Source: Candidatus Iainarchaeum sp. (GTDB lineage: Archaea; Iainarchaeota; Iainarchaeia; JAGGVJ01). Taken from it: DNA of 33,989 nucleotides. The notes below the pieces were generated by a model, which was not told the origin of the DNA, did no database searches, and saw only the letters and a list, made by a program, of their open reading frames with translations. Positions 1-9,086 of the stretch are shown here, piece after piece. Position 1 is the first letter of the stretch. Each line of letters starts with the position of its first letter. The stretch covers positions 1 to 33,989 of the forward strand of contig JAGGVJ010000010.1 in NCBI GenBank assembly GCA_021158055.1. Reading direction: 5' to 3'. The translations under genes and the position numbers were made by a program.

Positions 1-89
1 AGCAACCAGTTTAAACCAGCAATCAGTGTTAAATCAACAGTCAACGTCAAACTCAGTCAACGTCAAACTTAAAAAATCACGGTCAGCGT

Positions 90-953
90 ATGGATTCCCT
101 TTCAAAAGAACTGCAAAAACTCATGATCGAATACTTTTTCTCGCCGAAAAAAAAGCTTGACCAAAACTACTTAATCAGTAAAAAAGCAATCCGGAAACTC
201 GTTGACACAGCTGACATCAACAAAAACGACACGATCCTTGAAATAGGGCCCGGTTGCGGTTTTTTGACCACTGAAATCGTTTCCCGTGCAAAAAAAACCA
301 TAGCCGTAGAAAAAGATCCTTTGATGGTGAAAATTCTAAAAGACAAATTTAAAAACGAAAAAAACCTGGAAATCATAGAAGGAGACATATTAAAAACAAA
401 ACTTCCAAAATTCAACAAAGTGGTTTCAAGCCCGCCTTTTTCAATCTCATCCAAAATAGTTGAACTCACGCTTGAACACCCTGTTGAACAAGCGGTTTTT
501 TTGTTCCAGAAAGAATTTGTCAACAAGCTCGACGCATTTTCGTCCCTAAAAGACTACACATTTATCTCAGCGCTTGCGCAGAGTTTAAGCAAAGTAAAAA
601 TAATCCAAAAAGTGCCAAAAAGCGCTTTCTTCCCCCCACCGCCAATAGACTGCGCCATCGTAAGCTTTGACTGCACAAAACAGCTCACCAAAGAAAAAGC
701 ATTTCACAAAAAATTCTTGAAAGCAGCCTTTCGCCACAAAAACAAAAAAATAAAAAAAGCATTGCTGCATTCTGCTTCTGACAGGTCTGCCCAAAAAGGA
801 AGCTTTTTATCAAAAGCGCAGCTTAAAAAAGTTTTTGAAAACAAAACCGGTGACAAAAACATAAAAACCCTGCTTGAAAAAAAAGCAGTCCACTGCGAAC
901 CGGAAGAACTTGCCAAATTAAGCGATTTTTTGTTTAAGCAAATCAAAAAATAA
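90..953 (+). CDS. rsmA: 16S rRNA m6,2A dimethyltransferase (KsgA/Dim1 family)
   Basis: KKKLDQNYL N-terminal motif, SAM-binding LEIGPG, VEKD, GDIL and F.PPP motifs; motif IV reads SPPF rather than NLPY. Confidence 0.9.
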   Translation: MDSLSKELQKLMIEYFFSPKKKLDQNYLISKKAIRKLVDTADINKNDTILEIGPGCGFLTTEIVSRAKKTIAVEKDPLMVKILKDKFKNEKNLEIIEGDILKTKLPKFNKVVSSPPFSISSKIVELTLEHPVEQAVFLFQKEFVNKLDAFSSLKDYTFISALAQSLSKVKIIQKVPKSAFFPPPPIDCAIVSFDCTKQLTKEKAFHKKFLKAAFRHKNKKIKKALLHSASDRSAQKGSFLSKAQLKKVFENKTGDKNIKTLLEKKAVHCEPEELAKLSDFLFKQIKK

Positions 954-1030
954 GCGCAACACATATCAATGCAAATATAACGCACATCTCAATGCAGACA
1001 TATCAGGAATAACTCCTTATTTTGCATCCG

Positions 1031-1369
1031 TTACTTTCTCAAGGCAGATTTGGTTTCAGCATGTGTTTGCTTGGTTTTGGCGCCTGTGTTTTCAGGACTG
1101 AAAGACAACGCTGAAAACCTGCACACCCTCACACAGTTTGCGCACATTACACACCTGTCAAAGTCAAAAACCGCTTTTTTTGTTTTTCTGTCAAGTCTGC
1201 AGGCGCCGGCAGGGCACACCTTCACACAGCTTCCGCAACCAACGCATTTTTCAGGGTCAAAAACCAGCGAGCCCCTGAAAGAATCCCCGTGCCTGTGGGG
1301 TTTTCTCTGCGTTGCAGGTCCCCTTAAAAACGATTTCAGCACTTCGGTTATCACCTCAAAAACCATCAA
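1031..1369 (-). CDS. 2x[4Fe-4S] ferredoxin-like subunit of membrane-bound hydrogenase (NuoI/EchF-like)
   Basis: Two CxxCxxCxxxC motifs (CVGCGSCVKVCP, CVMCANCVRVC) preceded by FRG; last gene of the hydrogenase cluster. Confidence 0.88.
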   Translation of the reverse strand: MMVFEVITEVLKSFLRGPATQRKPHRHGDSFRGSLVFDPEKCVGCGSCVKVCPAGACRLDRKTKKAVFDFDRCVMCANCVRVCRFSALSFSPENTGAKTKQTHAETKSALRK

Positions 1370-2292
1370 AACACCGCCGTCAACAAACCAATCAATGACA
1401 GGGCAAGCAGAACCGTCCAGCTGACCCTGAAAAACTGGTCAATCCTGAGCCTTGCAAAGGAAAGGTCCAAAAGGCAAACCAAAGCAACCACCGCGAACAT
1501 CGAAGCCAGCAAAAAAACATCCGACAACGCCCCTGCAAAAACGACCAGAAAAAGCCCTGCCATAAAAAAAGTCATGAGCCAGTCAGCCATTTCAAAAAAC
1601 GCAAGAAGTATTCCGCTGTATTCTGTTTTTGCCCCTGCGATTATCTCCTGGTGGGCTTCGCCTACATCAAACGGGGACTTCCTGAGCTTTGCAATCAAAA
1701 CCAGGAAAAACACCAGTGCACTAAAGGGAAGAAACATTGCAAGAGGTCCGTTTGAAGCCTGCCACGCGCTGATTGCCCCCAGGTCAAAGGAGCCGACTTT
1801 TACAACCACTGAAAAGATGCTGACAATAAAGGGAACCTCATAGGCAATGAAAGCAGTCAGTTCCCTTGACGCGCCAATTGCCCCAAATATGGATTTTCCC
1901 GCAAACCCTGCGACAGCGTCAAACATCACGACCATTAAAAGAAGAAACACAATCACCAGCAAATCAAGGTCGCTTGAAACCGCATCCCCAGCAAAAACAG
2001 GCAAAACAATAACCAATACAAGCGCTGACGCAAACACCGCGACTGGACTTAACACAAAAAAAACCAGGTTGGCTGATTTCGGAAAAAGCGTCTGCTTTGA
2101 AAAAAGTTTGAAAACATCAAGCGCCGGCTGAAAAACCGGCGGACCCCTCCTGCTCTGCCCCCACGCAACCATCTTCCTGCCAAAACCCACTAAAAGCATG
2201 CCAAACAAAAACGCAAGAAATACCTTTAATACCAGCATGGGCAAAAACACCGCTTCCTGCACAGCAACAGACAAAAACATCGCTTCATTCAC
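1366..2292 (-). CDS. NuoH/EchB/HyfC-like membrane subunit
   Basis: RKMVAWGQSRRGPP, QPALDVFKLFSK, PFDVGEAHQEIIAG.KTEYSG motifs; start moved to GTG at 2292 behind a GGTGAT SD (ORF-track start 2397 overlaps the upstream gene). Confidence 0.88.
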   Translation of the reverse strand: MNEAMFLSVAVQEAVFLPMLVLKVFLAFLFGMLLVGFGRKMVAWGQSRRGPPVFQPALDVFKLFSKQTLFPKSANLVFFVLSPVAVFASALVLVIVLPVFAGDAVSSDLDLLVIVFLLLMVVMFDAVAGFAGKSIFGAIGASRELTAFIAYEVPFIVSIFSVVVKVGSFDLGAISAWQASNGPLAMFLPFSALVFFLVLIAKLRKSPFDVGEAHQEIIAGAKTEYSGILLAFFEMADWLMTFFMAGLFLVVFAGALSDVFLLASMFAVVALVCLLDLSFARLRIDQFFRVSWTVLLALSLIGLLTAVF

Positions 2293-2305
2293 AGCATCAC
2301 CAAAA

Positions 2306-2722
2306 TCATTTGTTTTCAGCTCCTTTTCTCCCGACTGCCTCAAGTATGCCTGCCAGTATAGCATCCGGATTGGGCGGGCAGCCCGGCACAAACACATCCA
2401 CTTTGATTTCCGACATCACTCCCTTGCTAAGCGAAGGCGAATCAAAAAACACTCCCTTGCTTTTTGCACACGTGCCGACGGCAACTATCTTTTTGGGCTC
2501 CGGCACCTGCGAAAGAACCCTTTTCACCCTTGGAAGCATTTGTTTTGTAAGCGCCCCGGTTATCAGCACCACATCCGCGTGCTTTGGCGAGCTTACAAGC
2601 TTGCACCCGAACCTTTCCATGTCATACCGGGGAGTAACGCACGCAAACGCCTCTATGCTGCAGCCGTTGCATGAACCTGCTTCAATATGGTAAACCCACG
2701 GTGAATATTTCAGCCAGTTCAG
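2306..2722 (-). CDS. [NiFe]-hydrogenase group 4 small subunit (NuoB/EchC-like), probable CTG start
   Basis: In-frame upstream of the ORF-track ATG reads NWLKYSPWVYHIEAGSCNGCSIE; also SPKHADV, AVGTCA, VPGCPP; the best-placed candidate start is CTG at 2722, behind GAGGTGA and overlapping the upstream stop (CTGA). Confidence 0.88.
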   Translation of the reverse strand: MNWLKYSPWVYHIEAGSCNGCSIEAFACVTPRYDMERFGCKLVSSPKHADVVLITGALTKQMLPRVKRVLSQVPEPKKIVAVGTCAKSKGVFFDSPSLSKGVMSEIKVDVFVPGCPPNPDAILAGILEAVGRKGAENK

Positions 2723-4014
2723 CTGATCACCTCAAGCACCTGCGGGTAAAACAGCCCAAGCAGGATTATAAGAGCCGAAAGCAAAAGCATTGAAATAAAA
2801 CTTGCGCGGCACCCTGTCACTTTGGTTCTTCTCCCGCTGAAAACATAATTGTCTATCTCCCTTATCGCCGCCACAAAAACCAAAAACAGCAAAAGCATCA
2901 CGGGAACAGACCACGGGTAAATGGTCGTCAGTATAAGAAATTTCCCTGCAAACCCGCCTGTAGGAGGGACCCCGACAAGCGAAAACACGGCGACAATGAA
3001 CGCAAAGGCAGCCACGGGAACCACTTTCACTGCGTTTTTGTTTTCCACAAACGCCCCGGCAAGAAACGCCAGGCTTTTCGCCAGAGTCTGCGCAAAAATA
3101 AGATAAAGCGCACCGGCTGTCGACATAAACGCAATCCCAAGAAGTATAAACCCGTTGTCAAAAATCGAAATATAGGATATAACCTTGCGCCATCCTTTTT
3201 CCTTCATCACCACGACACCTACATAAACCATGGTCGCAAGCCCCAAAAACACCACCATGAACGGAATAAGGGAATGGTTTGTCATAAACGCGGAGTGAAC
3301 CTTGTAAAAAGCAAAAACAGACACCAGTGACTGGGCTGAAAGAATTGACGCCACGGGTATGGTGGACTTGGTGTAGGAAGGCACCACCCACATGTGAAAC
3401 GGAAACACACCCATTTTTATTGCAAACCCTATGAACAGCAAAACCAGCGCGTAAACTGAAGAAGGCCCTTCAGGCACTGAATCAAAAGACGTCGAACCCG
3501 TAACTGAAATAAAAAACATCAGACCGCCCATGAAAAAAAGCGAACCGATAATGTTAGAAAACACAAAAGTAAATGCGGCGGAAAGGGCATTGTCCCCGAA
3601 ACGGATCAAATACCCTGCGCTGAAAATTGACAGGTCAAGAAACAGCAGTACAGAAAGCAGGTTTCCGGAGTAGATCGTGCACTGTATGCTTGCAAGCGCC
3701 AGCATGAAAAACACATCGTAGTTTATGTGCTCAGCGTACTTGTGGCTGACAGAATAAAAAGCAACTGAAAAAGCAACTATTGAAGTCAAAAAACCGTAAA
3801 AGGAATTAACTTTGTTCAACTCGAAATCAAGGGACAAAAACGACAGGTCAACTGTATTTCCGTTGATTGTCTCAAGAAGAACCGCAAACGACAAAACAAG
3901 AACCAGAAAAAGGAAAAGCAAATATATCATGTCCCTGTGTTTTTTATCCCTGCTAAGCAAAAAAAACGGTATTGAAACAAAGGGAAGTACCAGCAAAAGC
4001 ACAAACTCAAACAT
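2719..4014 (-). CDS. Proton-pumping antiporter-like subunit (MnhD/NuoN/HyfB family)
   Basis: Highly hydrophobic; GFAIKMGVFPFHMWV and SLVGVPPTGGFAGKF motifs. Confidence 0.85.
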   Translation of the reverse strand: MFEFVLLLVLPFVSIPFFLLSRDKKHRDMIYLLFLFLVLVLSFAVLLETINGNTVDLSFLSLDFELNKVNSFYGFLTSIVAFSVAFYSVSHKYAEHINYDVFFMLALASIQCTIYSGNLLSVLLFLDLSIFSAGYLIRFGDNALSAAFTFVFSNIIGSLFFMGGLMFFISVTGSTSFDSVPEGPSSVYALVLLFIGFAIKMGVFPFHMWVVPSYTKSTIPVASILSAQSLVSVFAFYKVHSAFMTNHSLIPFMVVFLGLATMVYVGVVVMKEKGWRKVISYISIFDNGFILLGIAFMSTAGALYLIFAQTLAKSLAFLAGAFVENKNAVKVVPVAAFAFIVAVFSLVGVPPTGGFAGKFLILTTIYPWSVPVMLLLFLVFVAAIREIDNYVFSGRRTKVTGCRASFISMLLLSALIILLGLFYPQVLEVIS

Positions 4015-4597
4015 TGTCAGCCACCTTTAACGAGCCTGTTTTTTTATACATCTTTATTGACAGCGAAGCAAGGACAAAAAGAGGAAGGATCAGCCCGACA
4101 GAAAGCCAGATCTCTATAAATGTGTTGCTGGCAAGCAAATCAAAAAACTTCGGGACAAGGATTATAAACGCGTTTTCAATCGCGATAAGCGCAAGAAAAA
4201 TTTTCACGAAATTCTTTTCAATGACAAGAAGCAAAAGAGACAAACACACAAACAAAAACGACAAAGTCTGTTCAACTGAAAAACCCGCATACTGAAGAAC
4301 AGCACACATAAGCGCAACTAACACAAAAAGGAGCACCGCAAGATTTTTCTTTGTGTAAACAAGTTCTGATTCTTTTTCTGTGGATGAAATAAGCCAGTAA
4401 CCCATGGCAGGCATCAACACCACTGTTGAGATAAAATGCACGGCAATCGACATCGTGCTCGCAAAATTCAGGAAAAGAAATACCGTGGACACCACTGAAA
4501 TCACCATCAGGGTAAAAAGGGCCCTGACAAAGTTTTTTTCAAGGTATATGAGGGAAATAAGTGCGACTTCAATCAAAAGCAAAAGCTCATTCAACAT
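4007..4597 (-). CDS. Integral membrane subunit of hydrogenase complex (HyfE-like)
   Basis: About 6 hydrophobic segments, 'ALIAIENA' resembles the HyfE ENG segment; overlaps both neighbours in the operon. Confidence 0.6.
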   Translation of the reverse strand: MLNELLLLIEVALISLIYLEKNFVRALFTLMVISVVSTVFLFLNFASTMSIAVHFISTVVLMPAMGYWLISSTEKESELVYTKKNLAVLLFVLVALMCAVLQYAGFSVEQTLSFLFVCLSLLLLVIEKNFVKIFLALIAIENAFIILVPKFFDLLASNTFIEIWLSVGLILPLFVLASLSIKMYKKTGSLKVADNV

Positions 4598-5832
4598 AAT
4601 CTGACCCCTCCCTTGTTTGTCTTTTCGTGCTTCTCCGGTTTATCCGGTTTGCCTGATTCGCATGATTCGCATGATTCGCATGATTCGCATGATTTTTTGT
4701 CAAAACTCATTCTTTCTCTTTTCCCTGTCTTTCTGTCAATAACCATCACCCTGTCAAGACACGCAAAACACGGGTCGATTGAATTCACTATCACTGGAAC
4801 ATCGGCAATGGTATGGTCAACAATTATTTCTTTCAGTGAATAAATATTTGAATAAGTCGGGGGTTTTATCCTGACACTCTTGGGGCCTGTTTGACCCATT
4901 CTTACAAAATGCAGGTTTTCCCCCCTTGGAGCCTCCACAAGAAACGTAACTTCGGATTCCGGAAACTGCGCGTTTGTCTTTTCGCAAAGCGTTCCTTCAG
5001 GCATCCAGTCAAGGCACTGTTCTATTATTGATATTGACTGGTCTATCTCAAGAACGCGCGCAACAGCCCGTGCCAAAGCATCCCCTTCAGTCAGGATCAC
5101 TTTTTCAAAATCAAGCTTGCTGTAGGCGGCGTAAGGAAAATCAGATCTGACATCGTACTTTATCCCTGAAGCCCTTGCAACCGGGCCGACCACCCCGTTT
5201 TTTTTCGCTTTCCTGCGGGAAAGAACAGCAATGCCTTCAAGCCTTGCTTTTATAAAAACATCTGATTTAAAGGCAGAAACAAGCACTTTGTTGAACCTGC
5301 TTACCTTACCAAGATTTTTCCTGATGTTTTCTGCAAGGGCTTCTGAAATATCACAGTTTACTCCCCCAATTGAATTAAACGAGTAATGCACTCTGTTTCC
5401 GCTTATTTTTTCAAAAAGATCCATCACTTTTTCCCTTTCCCGCCAGATGTGCATGAAAAGCGATTCCAGCCCTATTGAATCGCACATCACGCCTGCCCAA
5501 AGCATATGCGAATGAATTCTTTCAAGTTCTGCGAGAATCGTTCTCAAAAACTTTGCCCGCTCACTGATTTCTATCTGCGACGCGGACTCGATTGCACTGA
5601 CAAAACACATTGTGTGGCAATGCGAACAAATCCCGCAGATCCTTTCAATCAAAGGGATTGCCTGTGCATAACTGCGGTTTTCAACCAGCTTCTCCACCCC
5701 GCGAAAATTATAGCCCATATTTATATTCACGTCAAGTATTTTTTCCCTGCTGACCGTGAATTCAAAAAACTCCGGTTCTTTCAAAGACGGGTGCACTGGC
5801 CCAAGCGGAAATTTCAGGTTATCCAAAGACAA
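4591..5832 (-). CDS. [NiFe]-hydrogenase group 4 large subunit (EchE/MbhL-like)
   Basis: GPVHPSLKEP, RGVEK, L1 motif ERICGICSHCH, ELERIHSH, EAPRGE, L2 motif DPCFACLDR, then a C-terminal extension. Confidence 0.93.
   Translation of the reverse strand: MSLDNLKFPLGPVHPSLKEPEFFEFTVSREKILDVNINMGYNFRGVEKLVENRSYAQAIPLIERICGICSHCHTMCFVSAIESASQIEISERAKFLRTILAELERIHSHMLWAGVMCDSIGLESLFMHIWREREKVMDLFEKISGNRVHYSFNSIGGVNCDISEALAENIRKNLGKVSRFNKVLVSAFKSDVFIKARLEGIAVLSRRKAKKNGVVGPVARASGIKYDVRSDFPYAAYSKLDFEKVILTEGDALARAVARVLEIDQSISIIEQCLDWMPEGTLCEKTNAQFPESEVTFLVEAPRGENLHFVRMGQTGPKSVRIKPPTYSNIYSLKEIIVDHTIADVPVIVNSIDPCFACLDRVMVIDRKTGKRERMSFDKKSCESCESCESCESGKPDKPEKHEKTNKGGVRLC
4654..4694 (+). repeat. 9-nt tandem repeat (TGATTCGCA x4.5) encoding (CES)4 in hydrogenase C-terminal tail
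   Basis: Four perfect copies plus a partial copy read directly. Confidence 0.95.
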
Positions 5833-7606
5833 TCACCGCCAAAACTATTGCAATAGAAGAAATTACCGTGACTGAAACAAAATGCTTCAGGACATGTTCT
5901 TCAACGCGGTCGAAAAAAAGGCTGATTTTCGCACCGGCATAACCTATTTTTTCGTAAATTCTATTCACGTCAATTAACTGCGACTTTTGCAGGCAACCTG
6001 CTCCAAAATAAAAATTCCCGGCGTCAAAATCAAGCTCCCCAAGAGGAATCTGCTCGCCGCCGGTAAAAGAGGAAACGCGTTTTGAAGACCTGTTTCTTGT
6101 AAAAAACAAATATATCAAAAATCCCGCGATAAACGAGCCCAGCAAAAGCATGTCAAGAAACAGGATATCCCACCTTCCGATGGTTGTTATTATGCTCCAC
6201 CCGACCACCTGCGGGACCATCTTTGAGGAAATGTCAAGCACGGCAGGGTTAACTATGTTATTGAGTACAAAAGGAGACAAAACACCAAGCGCAACGGTTG
6301 CAAGGGCAAGGGACACAAGCGGAAAAGTAATTTCAAACGGCACCTTGAACTTCTTTACCTTCAAAGGGTAGTTTGATAAAAAAACCGAGTTGAACATCTT
6401 CAGGTAAACCCCGAAAGCAAGCGTTATGCTTACAAAAACAAGCAGCACGTAACTCATGTTCTGGTTCAGGAGCGACTCAAGGATCATCCACTTGCTTACC
6501 GAGCCGCTGAACGGGGGAACCCCTGCAACCGCAAGCAACGCAACAATCATCGCCCCTGACACCAGAGGCAAAAATCTGGCTGCCCCACCCATTTTTGTTA
6601 TGTCCCTTGTAACAAACTTGTGGATCAAGATTCCTGCGCCGAGAAAAAGAAGGGACTTGAAAAACGCGTGGTTTAAGGTATGGAAAAGGGCAGCCGACAT
6701 TGAAAGCGGGTTAAGGGAAAATATGCTCACAAAAATTATTGAAACATTTGCTATTGTTGAATACGCCAGGATTCTTTTTATGTCTTTTTCAAAAAACGCA
6801 TAGCACATTACAATTATCGCAGAAAACGCAGCCAGGTAACCGAAAGCAAGACACATTTGCGGGAAAAATGAGATCATTGGGAAAAACCTCATCAAAAGAA
6901 ACACCCCTGCCTTGACCATTACAGCCGAGTGAAGAAGAGCCGACGCCGGTGCTGGAGCTTCCATTGCGTCAGGAAGCCAGATGTGAAACGGAAAAATCGC
7001 GGACTTTGCAAACGCGGCAACCGACAGCATGAAAACCACAAAAAAAAGTGCGTCAACAGGTATTTCAGAAACCATGTTCAGTGAATTGCGTATGCTTTGG
7101 TCAGGGACAAAAAACAACAGCACGATAAAAGCAGTCATCAAAAAAATGGAGCCAAAATGAGTTATTATAAAACACTTTTTCGCCGCAGCCACCGCGTGCG
7201 TGTCTGTGTAGTGGTACAATATCAGAAGGTAAGAGCAAATAGTTATGATCTCCCAGAACATGATAAACATAAAAAAGCTGTCTGCCATCACCATTGCGTT
7301 CATTGAACCCACAAAAGTCATGATCACCATGTAAAAACGCGCCGGGGTTTCTTTCACATACCTTGAAGAATAGACAATTACAAAAAAAGCAATCACTGAA
7401 GCTATTAACGTGAAAAATGACGAAAGGTGGTCGCGAAACAGCAGACCCGGAATCCACGCGGTTTCATTGAATGCAAGCAGGGAAACCACTGCTGTTGCAA
7501 GCGAAAAAAGTATCGCTGAAACTTTAATGTATTGTTCCGCAACTCTTTTCAGGACAGGAAAAAAAACAACTGCTGCAAACGGCAGGTAAATCAACAGTTC
7601 AAACAT
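5819..7606 (-). CDS. NuoL/MnhA/EchA-like antiporter subunit
   Basis: FWEIITICSYLLI, AKSAIFPFHIWLPDAMEAPAPASALLHSAVMVKAG, KRILAYST, HAFFKSLLFLGAG motifs. Confidence 0.92.
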   Translation of the reverse strand: MFELLIYLPFAAVVFFPVLKRVAEQYIKVSAILFSLATAVVSLLAFNETAWIPGLLFRDHLSSFFTLIASVIAFFVIVYSSRYVKETPARFYMVIMTFVGSMNAMVMADSFFMFIMFWEIITICSYLLILYHYTDTHAVAAAKKCFIITHFGSIFLMTAFIVLLFFVPDQSIRNSLNMVSEIPVDALFFVVFMLSVAAFAKSAIFPFHIWLPDAMEAPAPASALLHSAVMVKAGVFLLMRFFPMISFFPQMCLAFGYLAAFSAIIVMCYAFFEKDIKRILAYSTIANVSIIFVSIFSLNPLSMSAALFHTLNHAFFKSLLFLGAGILIHKFVTRDITKMGGAARFLPLVSGAMIVALLAVAGVPPFSGSVSKWMILESLLNQNMSYVLLVFVSITLAFGVYLKMFNSVFLSNYPLKVKKFKVPFEITFPLVSLALATVALGVLSPFVLNNIVNPAVLDISSKMVPQVVGWSIITTIGRWDILFLDMLLLGSFIAGFLIYLFFTRNRSSKRVSSFTGGEQIPLGELDFDAGNFYFGAGCLQKSQLIDVNRIYEKIGYAGAKISLFFDRVEEHVLKHFVSVTVISSIAIVLAVIVFG

Positions 7607-7694
7607 GAAAAAAAGAAGTGGAATGGATTAATTATATGTTCCTTTTAAACATAAAAACGTCATTTGAGCAGTACAAACCCATTGTTCCTGAAAC

Positions 7695-8987
7695 CTAAAG
7701 CAGGTGCTTTTTTGTTTCCTGTTGCTTTGTCCAGTTTCCTGCCCAGCCGATTTCAACAGTGTGGGCAATCTTTTCAGCCCGCCTCTTTGCTTCTTCAACC
7801 GTGTCAGCCAAAACGATTGCAACACCCATTCTCCTGTTCACGTGTGCTTCGGGTTTGCCGAAAAACCTCACGTTTGACTCGGGAAACGCGTTCATTGCAC
7901 TGTGAACATTGTTAAAATTCACATCCCAGCCACTCACAGGCGAAAGTATAGCGTGGGACGCTCCCGGCTTAAGCATCGGCACCTGGCTTACTCCGTTTTC
8001 CTCTACCGTCGGGATCGAAAGACCTGTAACTGCCCGCACATGAAGACCCATTTCAGAATAACCTGCTGCATGAGTCATCATAGTGACCATTCCTGTGTCA
8101 TGCGGTCTCGGGCTTATTTCGTTTGCGTACACTTCACCGTCTTTGCCGACAAAAAGCTCGCAGCCGAAAAGCCCGACTCCGCCAAGGCAATCAGTTATTT
8201 TCTTTGTAACCTGATAGATTTCTCTCTCAACGCTTTCGCTGACTTCCGCCATCTGCCAGCTTGAATGATAATCCCCGTCTATCTGGTAATGACCGACCGG
8301 TTTTGGAAAGCTGGTTTTCACACTGCCGTTTTCGTCCAGATGGCGAACCGCAAGCTCTGTTATCTCTATGTCAAAATCAATATGCTCTTCAACGATTATT
8401 TGGTCAGCGCTTCCCCTCGCGTTTTCAACTGCAACCCTAAATGCTTTTTCAACGTCCTGCGGTCCCTCCACAAAAAACGACCCTTGCCCGGAAGACGACT
8501 GAATCGCTTTTGTCCAGCACGGGTAGCCTATCTTCTCGCACGCGTCTTTGAGCTCGTCAAGGTTTGCTGCGTAAGCATATTTTGAGGTTTTAACTCCCGC
8601 TTCCTTCACAAACATCTCTCTTGTCCGCTCGCGGTGCATTGCAATGTGGGTTGCGCGCGCGTTGGGGATCACATTGAGCCCTTCTTTTTCAAGCTCAAAC
8701 AACACGTCAAGGTTTATCGCCTCGATTTCAGGTATTATCGCATCCGGCTTTTCCCTTGCAATTATCGATTTCAGGGCACCGCCGTCTTTCATGTTCACCG
8801 TGTATGACCTGTGCGCCACCTGCTGCCCAGGCGCGTTCTCATACCTGTCCACCGCAACGGTCTCTATTCCGAGGCGCTGGGCTTCAATGATTATTTCTTT
8901 TCCGATTTCCCCTGCTCCAAGAAGCAATATCTTGCACGCCTTGCTTGAAAGCGGTGTCGCCAACACCTCTCTTTTCAGAACAACCAT
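7695..8987 (-). CDS. purT: Formate-dependent phosphoribosylglycinamide formyltransferase
   Basis: LLLGAGEIGKE, AVDRYENAP, PEIEAI, SSSGQG, EISPRPHDTGMVT, FGKP..RRMGVA motifs. Confidence 0.95.
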   Translation of the reverse strand: MVVLKREVLATPLSSKACKILLLGAGEIGKEIIIEAQRLGIETVAVDRYENAPGQQVAHRSYTVNMKDGGALKSIIAREKPDAIIPEIEAINLDVLFELEKEGLNVIPNARATHIAMHRERTREMFVKEAGVKTSKYAYAANLDELKDACEKIGYPCWTKAIQSSSGQGSFFVEGPQDVEKAFRVAVENARGSADQIIVEEHIDFDIEITELAVRHLDENGSVKTSFPKPVGHYQIDGDYHSSWQMAEVSESVEREIYQVTKKITDCLGGVGLFGCELFVGKDGEVYANEISPRPHDTGMVTMMTHAAGYSEMGLHVRAVTGLSIPTVEENGVSQVPMLKPGASHAILSPVSGWDVNFNNVHSAMNAFPESNVRFFGKPEAHVNRRMGVAIVLADTVEEAKRRAEKIAHTVEIGWAGNWTKQQETKKHLL

Positions 8988-9086
8988 TTCTTTCCCCCCT
9001 AAACCAAATCCAATTTCCCTGTAAAAATTAGCTCAATGAATTCTTTTAATTATTTTGATTAGGCAAAAAAACTGCAAATAATAAAA

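Noticed and set aside
1031-7606. Complex I (nuo) or Mbx/Ehr-type non-hydrogenase
   Set aside because: The large subunit retains both CxxC Ni-binding motifs, so a true [NiFe]-hydrogenase is the better call.
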